A stretch of 46,344 nt of DNA from a virus (lineage: Duplodnaviria; Caudoviricetes), in IMG/VR virus record IMGVR_UViG_3300031520_000006, positions 1 through 46,344 of that record, one strand, 5' to 3'. Shown here piece by piece: positions 8,469-17,162 of the stretch (position 1 is its first letter; every line of letters starts with the position of its first letter). The translations under genes were made by a program, and so were the position numbers. The notes beneath the pieces were generated by a model. The model saw only the letters and a program-made list of their open reading frames with translations. It was not told where the DNA came from and made no database searches.

Positions 8469-8536
8469 GAGACACCCCCGAACCCGCCGAAGCGGAGAAC
8501 GCCCACGCCCGCGAGCGGGGCCAACAAAAGAACCTT

Positions 8537-8574
8537 CTATATATTAAGACGTAGCAACGTAACAAAAGTAACAT
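8537..8574 (-). promoter_or_regulatory. TGTTAC-N16-CGTC promoter driving the A-free transcript
   Basis: The main A/T-containing island inside the skewed region; matches 7517-7554. Confidence 0.65.
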
Positions 8575-8833
8575 GCAAAAAAGGGCAAAAAACGAGGCCA
8601 GAAGCGGGACGAGCGGGAAAACGAGAGCTCGACGCAAACAGGAACAGAGGGCACAAAGAGCGAGCTGGGCGACGGCGAACGAGGGGACAAACGGGCCGAT
8701 CACCACCCAGGGCGCGAACGAGCAAAAGGCCCCACCGGCACCACGCCCAGCAACACACAAGGCCCCACCGCACCCAGAAAGCAACCGCCGGCCCGGACGC
8801 GGCAGGCCCCCACACACAGAGCACCACACACAC
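8537..8833 (-). CDS. possible second A-poor small protein
   Basis: GAGGTG RBS followed by GTG. The frame is uncertain because stop codons are nearly impossible in A-free sequence. Confidence 0.3.
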   Translation of the reverse strand: MCVVLCVWGPAASGPAVAFWVRWGLVCCWAWCRWGLLLVRALGGDRPVCPLVRRRPARSLCPLFLFASSSRFPARPASGLVFCPFLHVTFVTLLRLNI

Positions 8834-9034
8834 ACACCGTCACCTCGTGGACGTCGAACCAGGGTAGCCCCGCGCAAAAAGGCCACAAGCAGAACGCACC
8901 ACAGCCACGCAAGGCCGAAAACGCGGCGCTGTAACCGTTGAGGAACGCTGTAACGTCCATTCGCCGCGTTTTCGCCCGTTAGGGTTTAGCCTTGCGTGGC
9001 TGTGGTACGATTCTGCATGGCCTTTTTGCTGCGA

Positions 9035-9529
9035 GTGGAACCGTGGAGGTGCGTCAGCCTTGTTACAATCCCACCAGAGGAAGGTGGACAGGGTGGACGC
9101 GCCTCGTGGATACCGGGGTAGGTCAAGCTCGATCCGTGTGGAACCGTGGAGGTGCGCTAGCCTTGTTCTATTCCTCTTGTGGGGACGCGTCAGCTAAGAA
9201 TATCGCGGTAGCGTGCCTTACCCCCGGTAGGGTGTCGCGCCCTACCTCGTTCTCAAAGGGGCGCGACGAGTAGCTCTCTGTCCCTCTCTGCTGCCTTGTC
9301 TGCATCCGAGGCGAATGCCACATGGGTATCATCGGCTCATGGTCCGCGAAAGCGATATCCGAGCACAGGCGGGCGAGAGCAACGCAGGTGGCTGGGTATG
9401 GGTTGTAGGGGCGTTGCGTACCGCCTGTGCGCTCGTGGATACCCCCACCGTGGATGTAATACGCTGTTGCCCTCATGTCCATATGTGGGTATGCGCCAGC
9501 TAAGATAGTCGCGGCAGCGTGCCTTGCCC
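9035..9529. repeat. two pairs of 37-bp imperfect direct repeats in non-coding DNA
   Basis: 9035-9071/9138-9174 (GTGGAACCGTGGAGGTGCG..AGCCTTGTT) and 9187-9223/9493-9529 (GCG.CAGCTAAGA...TCGCGG.AGCGTGCCTT.CCC). Confidence 0.8.
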
Positions 9530-9599
9530 ACGGCAGTGCTACTTTCAACAGCAGCCGCAGCATTCCTTATTTCTATCAATAATCCCGCCGCAGCGGATG

Positions 9600-9788
9600 C
9601 CTTCTCATCTTTCCGAGAGATGCAGTGATGCCATCGCTGAGCAGAGATACTCGGACGGCTCTATAAGCGGCTTGAAGTCGCAATTCTCAAAAAATCTCAC
9701 CCTTTTTACACTCAAATAAGACCTCTAAAACAAGGCTCTCGGAAACCCTTGTATGAAGTGGCTTCCCATGCTATACTATGAGGACAGC
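9600..9788 (+). promoter_or_regulatory. CRISPR leader with sigma70 promoter
   Basis: AT-rich stretch; TTGTAT(9749)-N17-TATACT(9772) with TG extension just before repeat 1. Confidence 0.8.
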
Positions 9789-10553
9789 GTCGGAAGGCTT
9801 GCTCACCCGTTCGCGGGATTGAAACTTCACGTTCGATGAGACGCGCAGCCAACTGGTACGAGTCGGAAGGCTTGCTCACCCGTTCGCGGGATTGAAACTT
9901 TAGGACAGCTTACATCGTGTCAGCACGGTAGACTTGTCGGAAGGCTTGCTCACCCGTTCGCGGGATTGAAACCTGTTTCGTTGTGCGACTCTTCCATTGA
10001 TAATCTCCGTCGGAAGGCTTGCTCACCCGTTCGCGGGATTGAAACTGGGGTACGACAGTGTTAGCGGACGTGAAACAAAGTCGGAAGGCTTGCTCACCCG
10101 TTCGCGGGATTGAAACAGCATATGATCAGTTGGGAGGAGACCTTCTAAAGAGTCGGAAGGCTTGCTCACCCGTTCGCGGGATTGAAACTGCGCTGATAGA
10201 GAGCGACAATGATCTGGATTGCTTGTCGGAAGGACTCTTGACCCGCTTGCGGGATTGAAACGTTCGTGAGGGCGAATACCCGTTCAAGGGGTGCATCGTC
10301 GGAAGGATGGCTCGCCCGTTCGCGGGATTGAAACATTGCATTGTAGTACTGGCTCATCGTCTCTTGGTGCGGTCGGAAGGATGGCTCGCCCGTTCGCGGG
10401 ATTGAAACATAGTACGCGCAATCTGTTCCCACTCAAGGCGTCGGGTCGGAAGGCTTGCTCACCCGTTCGCGGGATTGAAACGGATTAAGCGCGATGAGAT
10501 CTTCGGGAATGTCGAAGTCGGAAGGATGGCTCACCCATTCGCGGGATTGAAAT
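9789..10553 (+). CRISPR. CRISPR array, 11 repeats (37 bp) and 10 spacers (34-37 bp), no cas genes
   Basis: Consensus GTCGGAAGGCTTGCTCACCCGTTCGCGGGATTGAAAC at 9789, 9862, 9936, 10009, 10080, 10152, 10225v, 10298v, 10372v, 10445, 10517v (v = variant); CCCG/CGGG hairpin and ATTGAAAC 3' handle. Confidence 0.98.
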
Positions 10554-10563
10554 CCAAGAATCA

Positions 10564-10608
10564 AAAAAGCGGCGGCGATGCTTCTCCATCGCCGCCGCAC
10601 AGCTCTTT
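10564..10608. terminator. terminator shared by the array and the convergent peptide gene
   Basis: AAAAAAGCGGCGGCGATG-CTTCTC-CATCGCCGCCGC. Confidence 0.8.
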
Positions 10609-10745
10609 TACGGTTCCTCCTTCTGCTTTTCTAGCTCTTTAAGCTTGTTGCTGTGATCTGTACCTCTCTCTTTGATAAGCAGTACGATAATTTGCACCGC
10701 TAATGCTGCGAGTGCAATGAATACCATTACCCATTCTGGTGTCAT
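10608..10745 (-). CDS. 45-aa single-TM peptide, type I toxin/holin-like
   Basis: MTPEWVMVFIALAALAVQIIVLLIKER plus a charged tail; AGGGGG RBS. Confidence 0.6.
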   Translation of the reverse strand: MTPEWVMVFIALAALAVQIIVLLIKERGTDHSNKLKELEKQKEEP

Positions 10746-11166
10746 ACGTCCCCCTAATTCTTCTGAGGACGGACATATTAGAGATTTGTAATCTGCGTTA
10801 ACAGAGTTTTGTTCTACATTTGCTCGTTGTGCTCTTGTATATGATATAACATATTGTAGGGCATCTACACATCGCACGTCCGTCCTTGACTGATGGCGCG
10901 AACAGAGGGCAGCGTGTTGAACTGGAGAGACATTGTGAGAGATGGACTCGAGTTCATAGCGCTGCTCATCTGCCGAGGAGAAAAGTTCTCTCTGCTTATA
11001 AACATACATGAATATGCGGAGAAATGAGGACAATTTGTCTCTTCTTTTTGCAGATACTCGCTGCTGATTTATGGGATGTAGCGACGCATTTTGAGGCAGT
11101 TATCTCACAATATTTGTAGAGGTGCATTTCAACTCTTTGAGATGTGCAATCCCCTCAGCAATCAAA

Positions 11167-11399
11167 AAGGCGACAGACCACTTGTGATCGTGCGTCGCCT
11201 TCTTCCGTGGCAGCCTGCGCAGGCACCCACGGTCAATTTCATCAACTAGTTCATAGTTTCAGTATAATCGCCTGGTCAACACAAGACGATCTGGCAATCA
11301 CCAGATCGTCTTGTGCCTCACATACATCTCGAGGAAAATCCATTACTAGTATACTGGCACAACAAAAGACGACTCAGTTGTATCCTCTGAGTCGTCTTT
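11167..11399. terminator. three tandem related hairpins
   Basis: 11167-11201, 11280-11315 (15-bp stem) and 11365-11399; the stems share AAG(A/G)CGA...TCG(T/C)CTT. Confidence 0.7.
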
Positions 11400-11440
11400 C
11401 GCACCTTCAGGAGAAAATCTAGGGTGCTCTCTCCTAGATA

Positions 11441-11833
11441 TTATACTCGCTGCGGCCAATGCCAGGTGCCAGGCTCACGCGTCTCGCTATGATGCACGCG
11501 CTCCGCATGGTAGACGCCATTGTGATACGGCGTGCCATCATGCCGCCCATCAGTCTTGACGAGGAGATTCACGATATTGGAATCCGCTCCGAACTTGTCA
11601 TCAGGCAAGCGCACAATATCCGCTGGTCGGTCCTCGCCTTTTCTCGGACCATCGGGCAAGACAAAGTGGACGACGCGCCCAACGCTCGGTTTTTGCTGCG
11701 TCGGTGGTGGTGCTGTTGCTGTGTGTGCCGTGTGCTCAGTTGGTGGCTCCTGGTGAGTGGCAGGAGCACTCTCCTGGAATGCTGGATGTTTGGCAGGATC
11801 ATGATGCTTTTTGGTGGCTATAGGTTCGCTCAT
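11441..11833 (-). CDS. conserved phage protein (PSVGRVVHF...WHWP type)
   Basis: KPSVGRVVHFV..RPADIV..VNLLV..EPGTWHWP pattern; GGAGG RBS. Confidence 0.7.
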   Translation of the reverse strand: MSEPIATKKHHDPAKHPAFQESAPATHQEPPTEHTAHTATAPPPTQQKPSVGRVVHFVLPDGPRKGEDRPADIVRLPDDKFGADSNIVNLLVKTDGRHDGTPYHNGVYHAERVHHSETREPGTWHWPQRV

Positions 11834-11901
11834 GTGATACTTCCTCCACATAAAATACTAGATGGTAACTGCAAATGGTTCTACCATCATTATAATTGTG
11901 C

Positions 11902-13371
11902 CTAATAACGACTCTCACCGCTATATAACCGTCGTGGCCTAATCACCTTCGACTCCTGCGCAGGCTGCGTGACACTGTTCAATGCCTCTGTGAGTAATCC
12001 TATGCTGAGCAAGAAGTCATCATGACCATCTCCAGGATTGACTCCCATATTCATGATGCCTTCGCCGGGGATGGTGTACCTCGCTAACTTGAGTTGCTTC
12101 CACGCCTCGTCATAGATCGCGCCTGGTGCTGCGTCTTGCTGGTACATCTTGAGCCTACCGCCATTGACCAGGCCAAGCAGTTGAAATGTGATTTTACTCT
12201 TGCTGGTGCGCGAGAACTTAAACGCTGTCACGCGCTCGTCCGTGAATTTCTCGATCAAGAGCGAGGCCATCGTATCACCGAGGCCAGTCGCGTCGATGGT
12301 GATGTGGCGCAAGTTCCACTGGTTGATAATCTCCACGATAGCCGCGTACTGGTCCAGGTATTTCATCCCTGTAAACCAAACGTGCTGGACGACCTCTATG
12401 GCTGGCAACAGCAGCTCGTTGTACTTCACGCGCCCTATGCTGATGATGGTGCTATCCCGTTTGCTCTGCGACTTGGATTCTTCCCCTGGTTTCGGGCGTT
12501 GCTCTCCACCCATGTCAATGCCAGCGATATAGAGATCATCCTCACCTGGCTCGTTCAGCCAGTGATGTGCGCCTTTCAAGAGATGCCTTTGTATCTCATT
12601 GAAGAGGAAACCAGCGCCCGATATCGGGAGCAATCGGAATTGTGTTCTAATGCTGACGCTCTCTTCGCCAAGCCGCTTCATCTCGCCTTCAACGAACTTC
12701 TTGTATTTCTTGTTGATCGCCGCAAGCACCATCCAGTCGAACTCAAAGTGCCTCTGGATACCATCCAGTTCCTCAAGCTCTCGGTTATGCGCGCTCTGCA
12801 TCGCCAGTAAGGTGTCGTCAGACCAGGCAGTGCCATACATTACTGTGGTGGCGTTGGTGGTCGAGGCCATAGGCTTCAGATCAACATTGTACTTATCAGA
12901 AGCCACGTCCTGAGCTTCATCCACTTCTAACAGCAATGAGGCAGTAGCTCCGACTATCGAGGACTCTGGACCAGCCGAGAACAACATAATGCGTGGTCCT
13001 ACCTGATCGTTCACAAACTCTCTCGATGGGGCAAGTCCGATGATATAGCCGAACGATTTCCAAATGCGATCCCGCGTCAAGTTACTTTCGAGCATGCTGA
13101 GAAGCCTCAAGCGGCTATTCACCACCTGCGGCTTGTATGTTGGGGCTGCCTTGACGATGGTGCCGCTCTCCATGCAGAACAAGAGGTAGGCTTCGAGCAC
13201 TGCGCTGAGTTGGTTCTTGCCCATCTGCCGGGCGAACATCACGGTAAAGGTGCGCCCAGCTTCCTCGATGATGCTTTGTAAGATGGCATCGCCGACGATC
13301 TCTTGATAGGGATAGAGCGGCTTCTTGAGAATCTCACGAGCAAACCAGCCTATGCGCTTTGGTGGCTCCAT
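11902..13371 (-). CDS. terL: terminase large subunit
   Basis: Walker A ARQMGKN, Walker B LLEVDEAQ, nuclease motifs IAGID, IDATGLG and HDD. Confidence 0.9.
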   Translation of the reverse strand: MEPPKRIGWFAREILKKPLYPYQEIVGDAILQSIIEEAGRTFTVMFARQMGKNQLSAVLEAYLLFCMESGTIVKAAPTYKPQVVNSRLRLLSMLESNLTRDRIWKSFGYIIGLAPSREFVNDQVGPRIMLFSAGPESSIVGATASLLLEVDEAQDVASDKYNVDLKPMASTTNATTVMYGTAWSDDTLLAMQSAHNRELEELDGIQRHFEFDWMVLAAINKKYKKFVEGEMKRLGEESVSIRTQFRLLPISGAGFLFNEIQRHLLKGAHHWLNEPGEDDLYIAGIDMGGEQRPKPGEESKSQSKRDSTIISIGRVKYNELLLPAIEVVQHVWFTGMKYLDQYAAIVEIINQWNLRHITIDATGLGDTMASLLIEKFTDERVTAFKFSRTSKSKITFQLLGLVNGGRLKMYQQDAAPGAIYDEAWKQLKLARYTIPGEGIMNMGVNPGDGHDDFLLSIGLLTEALNSVTQPAQESKVIRPRRLYSGESRY

Positions 13372-13387
13372 AGATCACGCTCACAAT

Positions 13388-13828
13388 CTACGCCTCAATC
13401 AATGCTATATGAACTTCGTAGCTGCAAGCGGGACTCCCTCCCACAGCGAGGCTCACAATTTGCGAGTGGAGGTCTACTATCGTCTCTGCATAGGAATCAA
13501 AATGCACTGCCACGGCTGTACCACTGAGTGGATCAGTAAAGGTGATGGTGGTGCCAGTCGAGTTGTTGTAGCTCGCTCTGAGAGCATCGCGGTACTGCTG
13601 GCCGCTCGTTCCGGTAGGTGTACCATCGTATTTCAAGAGGTCGTTGACGCACAGGATGACCATGAGCCATTCGCGCTTCCCTGGCCCCAGGTCAACGTAT
13701 GCCTCTCCACCATCGGCGCGAATGGTCGCCTTGCGCACACGCGGCTGCTTCATGATATACGAGCCTGGCTTGATGAAGTAGCCTGTTCCATCCAGAATAA
13801 TCTCGGCGTCAACGCCTATGCTAGCCAC
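13388..13828 (-). CDS. putative virion structural protein
   Basis: 146-aa beta-rich ORF in the late operon. Confidence 0.6.
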   Translation of the reverse strand: MASIGVDAEIILDGTGYFIKPGSYIMKQPRVRKATIRADGGEAYVDLGPGKREWLMVILCVNDLLKYDGTPTGTSGQQYRDALRASYNNSTGTTITFTDPLSGTAVAVHFDSYAETIVDLHSQIVSLAVGGSPACSYEVHIALIEA

Positions 13829-14156
13829 TGTGTGACTCCTCCTGGATGCGCTCGGTCACGGTCTCGCCGTTGATCTCATCTTGAATGCTAATCAGATCAG
13901 CCTCGATGTTGATGAGGATCTTCTTGCGCTTCATGGCATTGATGATGATATTCAAGACCAGGTTGAGCCGCAGATTCTCTTTTTCCAGGCTATCGAGCCG
14001 GTGCGTCAGAGAGGCCAGTTCGCTATTGAGGGCATTGATGACGCGCTCCTGGATCTCGTTTGCTGTACGCGTGAAGCCATGCTTGAACGCGAGGATGCTA
14101 CCCAGTATGACAGCAAGTGAGATGACCAGGTTGAAGATGCTCAGAAGGTTATACAT
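13821..14156 (-). CDS. TM plus coiled-coil protein (holin/spanin-like)
   Basis: N-terminal hydrophobic helix followed by heptad repeats. Confidence 0.55.
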   Translation of the reverse strand: MYNLLSIFNLVISLAVILGSILAFKHGFTRTANEIQERVINALNSELASLTHRLDSLEKENLRLNLVLNIIINAMKRKKILINIEADLISIQDEINGETVTERIQEESHSG

Positions 14157-14175
14157 AGTTTCTCCTCACGATGGT

Positions 14176-15348
14176 CTACAGTCTGTTCCACCTGTAGGGA
14201 ATGTCGCCCCATCTCACACGAGCCGATGAAGCAAAGTCGCGCTGCTGTTTGATCTCCAGCAATCTCGTCTCAAACTGCTGCATCTTCGCGGCTGTAGCTG
14301 CTGCCCACGCGAGCGGTATCTTGGTATCGTCAACGCGATCTCTGAGGCCGCCATCCTGGAAGTCAAAGTTATCGTTCGTCGGGATGCTGTAGGCTTCCAT
14401 GCAGTAGGCCGTGGCTCCAAGCGCAATGATGTCTCTGTGAATCTCCGGGATCGTCGAGCCGTTCGCGTCAAGCTGGTGCTTCGTCGCGTAGAACACGCGC
14501 ATGATGAGCGTGCTGTCCTTTGGTAATTCTGCTGTGGAGAGCTGGAGCGTAAACGCTGGCTCTATCGTTCCTGTCGGCCCCGCGCTCGGACCAATGGCTC
14601 CATTGATGCCCATGTTGCCCCCTGCCGCAAGTGCTGCTGTTGAGTCGAACAAATTCGAGAACTCGTTGAATGATCTCTCAATCGGCGGCCAGAACATCAC
14701 GCCACTGGTGTTTACCTTTGGCGGCTGCGGCATGCCTGTGAGCGTGTTGTCGGCTGCGCTATCCGTGTAGCTCGTGGTTGTGTTGTCGGGGATCGTCGCC
14801 AGGTAATACAGGATCGAGCCATTGAGAAGTGAGCGATAGATGTTTCTGCCGATGACCTGGTTCGTGGCGATGCCAGGAATGGCTGGCTGTGCTGGCGAGG
14901 TCGGGATGTTGGTAAGTTGCACCTTGCCGTTTACGCTGGTCGTTGTGACTGTGCTTCCCGGCGATGGTGTTGTTTCTCCGCCCTGACTCAAACAGGACAC
15001 AGCATACTGATAGATGCCTGCTCCTAATCCTGAGCCTGCAATGGCTGTGAGCGTTGGCCCACTCGTCGGTGGGAGAAACTGGCTGCCATAGACCTGTAAT
15101 GGGTACAGAATGCGCTCGATCCAGAACACCGGATAGTTGGCATTAAAGCTGCTCGGATAGGGATAGGTGCGTTGGTAAGGCTGCGTGCTCATATCGACCT
15201 GGGCGATGTTGGGATAGTACGCACTGTAGCGATCAACGGCCTTATCAATGCCTCGATCAATGTCGGCGAGTTGCCAACGCTGTGTCGCGCTGGCAGGATC
15301 AAAGAGGTCGAGGCGTACCGCTGCCTCAATATCGGATAAAATCATCAC
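14176..15348 (-). CDS. virion protein, head-tail adaptor-like with inserted beta-sandwich domain
   Basis: Adaptor-like termini (LSDIEAAVR..W; TIPEIHRDIIALGA) flank YQYAVS..GGET..S/RNIYRS..TTSYTD. Confidence 0.55.
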   Translation of the reverse strand: MMILSDIEAAVRLDLFDPASATQRWQLADIDRGIDKAVDRYSAYYPNIAQVDMSTQPYQRTYPYPSSFNANYPVFWIERILYPLQVYGSQFLPPTSGPTLTAIAGSGLGAGIYQYAVSCLSQGGETTPSPGSTVTTTSVNGKVQLTNIPTSPAQPAIPGIATNQVIGRNIYRSLLNGSILYYLATIPDNTTTSYTDSAADNTLTGMPQPPKVNTSGVMFWPPIERSFNEFSNLFDSTAALAAGGNMGINGAIGPSAGPTGTIEPAFTLQLSTAELPKDSTLIMRVFYATKHQLDANGSTIPEIHRDIIALGATAYCMEAYSIPTNDNFDFQDGGLRDRVDDTKIPLAWAAATAAKMQQFETRLLEIKQQRDFASSARVRWGDIPYRWNRL

Positions 15349-15797
15349 TTTCTCCCTGCACTTTTGACGATGAACGTATCCTTTCGCCTGGGGATACGGA
15401 AGGTTTCTCCTTGCGGTGGTGTTCCTGTCGTCTCGCCTCGATCACTGCCTTCGCCCTCGATGGGGATCGAGTCATCCAGGTAGATCGGCTCGTCGTCGTT
15501 GCCATCGCGTAGTATGCATGAGCAGTTCGGATGTGCTGGTGGCGCATTATGGCCGCTTGGGAACAGATCTCCTAAGCGAATCTCTCCCGCGTCCGCGTTC
15601 ATCAAGCACACCGGGCAGGGATGCTCGCCAATGATGCTCCAATAGACTGTCGAGGTGCCAGAATAGTCGTACGCATCGCCTTGTGGGTCGTCGCTGCGGT
15701 CGATGTCCTGATTGCGGTCCAGGTATTTGCCTCGTGACAAGGCCGCTTCAAAGACGCGCAGAGCTTGACTGATCTCTTCTCTCTCCTGCTCGCACAT
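15345..15797 (-). CDS. MuF-like minor head protein (short)
   Basis: CPVC..NA...G.I...FPSG...PPAHPNCSC motif. Confidence 0.7.
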   Translation of the reverse strand: MCEQEREEISQALRVFEAALSRGKYLDRNQDIDRSDDPQGDAYDYSGTSTVYWSIIGEHPCPVCLMNADAGEIRLGDLFPSGHNAPPAHPNCSCILRDGNDDEPIYLDDSIPIEGEGSDRGETTGTPPQGETFRIPRRKDTFIVKSAGRK

Positions 15798-15801
15798 AAT
15801 C

Positions 15802-16167
15802 TTACGCGGCTTTCGCTGCGGATGCTACTGGCGCAACTGGCGAAGGCCCTGCATCCTTTGTATCCTGCTTGAGCGCGTACACAGCGGCCTCAATCGCTAC
15901 ATCAATGAGTGTAGGTGAGATCGTGATATGCATGGCCTTCAAGATGTCTAAAATACGATTCTCGGCGATGGTCTTCTTGTCTGTGCCTGCTGCTGGTCCA
16001 TAGACTTGCTCAACAGCGTTGACCACTGATTGAGCAACCTGTGTGACAATAGCGTGCTGGTTCTCTGGCAATCTCGCAAGGATGTACTTGCAGAGGATGA
16101 CCAGGTAGCCAACGATGGCGGGTACAAGCACTGGGATGAGATCGAGAATGATGGCCTGAATGTCCAT
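15802..16167 (-). CDS. phage holin, LL-H family
   Basis: N-terminal TM and VNAVEQ..G..KK..A...IEAAV pattern; adjacent to the peptidase. Confidence 0.8.
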   Translation of the reverse strand: MDIQAIILDLIPVLVPAIVGYLVILCKYILARLPENQHAIVTQVAQSVVNAVEQVYGPAAGTDKKTIAENRILDILKAMHITISPTLIDVAIEAAVYALKQDTKDAGPSPVAPVASAAKAA

Positions 16168-16205
16168 AGGAATAGCCTCCTTGTGAAGTGTAAAGTGAGA
16201 GGGTG

Positions 16206-17162
16206 CTAGTGGCGGTTGATGGCAGTGCTGAGATCGTTGAGAGCGTGCTGCATCTCCTGCGCAGCCGTGGTCAATTCGTCGTGGATCGCTGGCGGTAGGA
16301 GTGGATTCTGCTCATGAGCCTGTACCAGTTTGCGCAGCGCCATGATCTCCTGACCTGTATACATCTTGAAGATGCCGCGTTTAGGCGTCCACTCCCAGGT
16401 CGTCATTTCACATATTTGCTGTGTACCTGGCTCGATGTTGGGATTGCCGAACTCCATTTGATCGCATGGATGCTCGTTTTCAAGGGGCAAGTCCGCGAGA
16501 TCATAGAATGGCTCATTGAGCACAGCCTTACGGAAGCCCTTGGTGAAGTATTTGCCATTGGGCGCTGTGAGCTTATCAGCCTTTTCATCGTCGTGCCAAC
16601 CTGCCGCGACAAGTCGTTCTAAAGTGGTCATAGGTGGGGGTGTCTCCTTCTGTGGTGCTGGATTGTCGTGCAGAGGCCCAAGCGTCCAGACTTCGCCATA
16701 CTCAAAGAGCGCGGCCCATTCATCATCTGAATGCACTGCATCATGCGCGCCGAATGGATCGCGCATGGTGAGCGTTCCTGGACCATCCTTATCACAGGCG
16801 TAGCACACCACGACATGACTCCATCCAAGCGATGCAGCCACATACGGATCTGGCTCGGTGATGATGGTTGGTCTGCCCAGTGCGAGCTGCTCCCGAATGA
16901 TCTTGACCAGGCTGTTACCGTCGCCCTTCGTGTTAAACAACTTCACGCCCTGCGCTGCGCAGTAATCGACATAGCGATCTGCGGCGGTCACGCCTTTGTA
17001 GTCCCGGCCATACACAGCATCTTTGACCATACCTCCGGTGTATTTCTTGCCGTTGAGGTATTGCAGTGCGTCGGCGATGGTTGTTGGGACGCAATCATAG
17101 AGATAGTTGGGATCGCCATCGGTCAGTTGATTGTTGTTGGGGAAGTCTTTGAGGATAATCAT
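16206..17162 (-). CDS. C39-like cysteine peptidase, probable endolysin
   Basis: NQ..DCVPT (Cys), SHVVVC (His), MRDP (Asp); next to the holin. Confidence 0.7.
   Translation of the reverse strand: MIILKDFPNNNQLTDGDPNYLYDCVPTTIADALQYLNGKKYTGGMVKDAVYGRDYKGVTAADRYVDYCAAQGVKLFNTKGDGNSLVKIIREQLALGRPTIITEPDPYVAASLGWSHVVVCYACDKDGPGTLTMRDPFGAHDAVHSDDEWAALFEYGEVWTLGPLHDNPAPQKETPPPMTTLERLVAAGWHDDEKADKLTAPNGKYFTKGFRKAVLNEPFYDLADLPLENEHPCDQMEFGNPNIEPGTQQICEMTTWEWTPKRGIFKMYTGQEIMALRKLVQAHEQNPLLPPAIHDELTTAAQEMQHALNDLSTAINRH

Noticed and set aside
7643-8930. A-depletion as a product of a diversity-generating retroelement or a sequencing artefact
   Set aside because: No reverse transcriptase or TR/VR pair is visible. 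The retained A's map to conserved residues and to the promoter, which random mutagenesis or error would not produce. Read support should still be checked.
7207-8941. Long overlapping ORFs (559, 433, 316, 312 and 247 aa) in several frames
   Set aside because: Stop codons need both T and A, so a T-free/A-free duplex is open in all frames. Only 7704-8468 has family motifs, an SD and a terminator.
10058-10488. Short ORFs across the CRISPR array
   Set aside because: These are translations of repeats and spacers.
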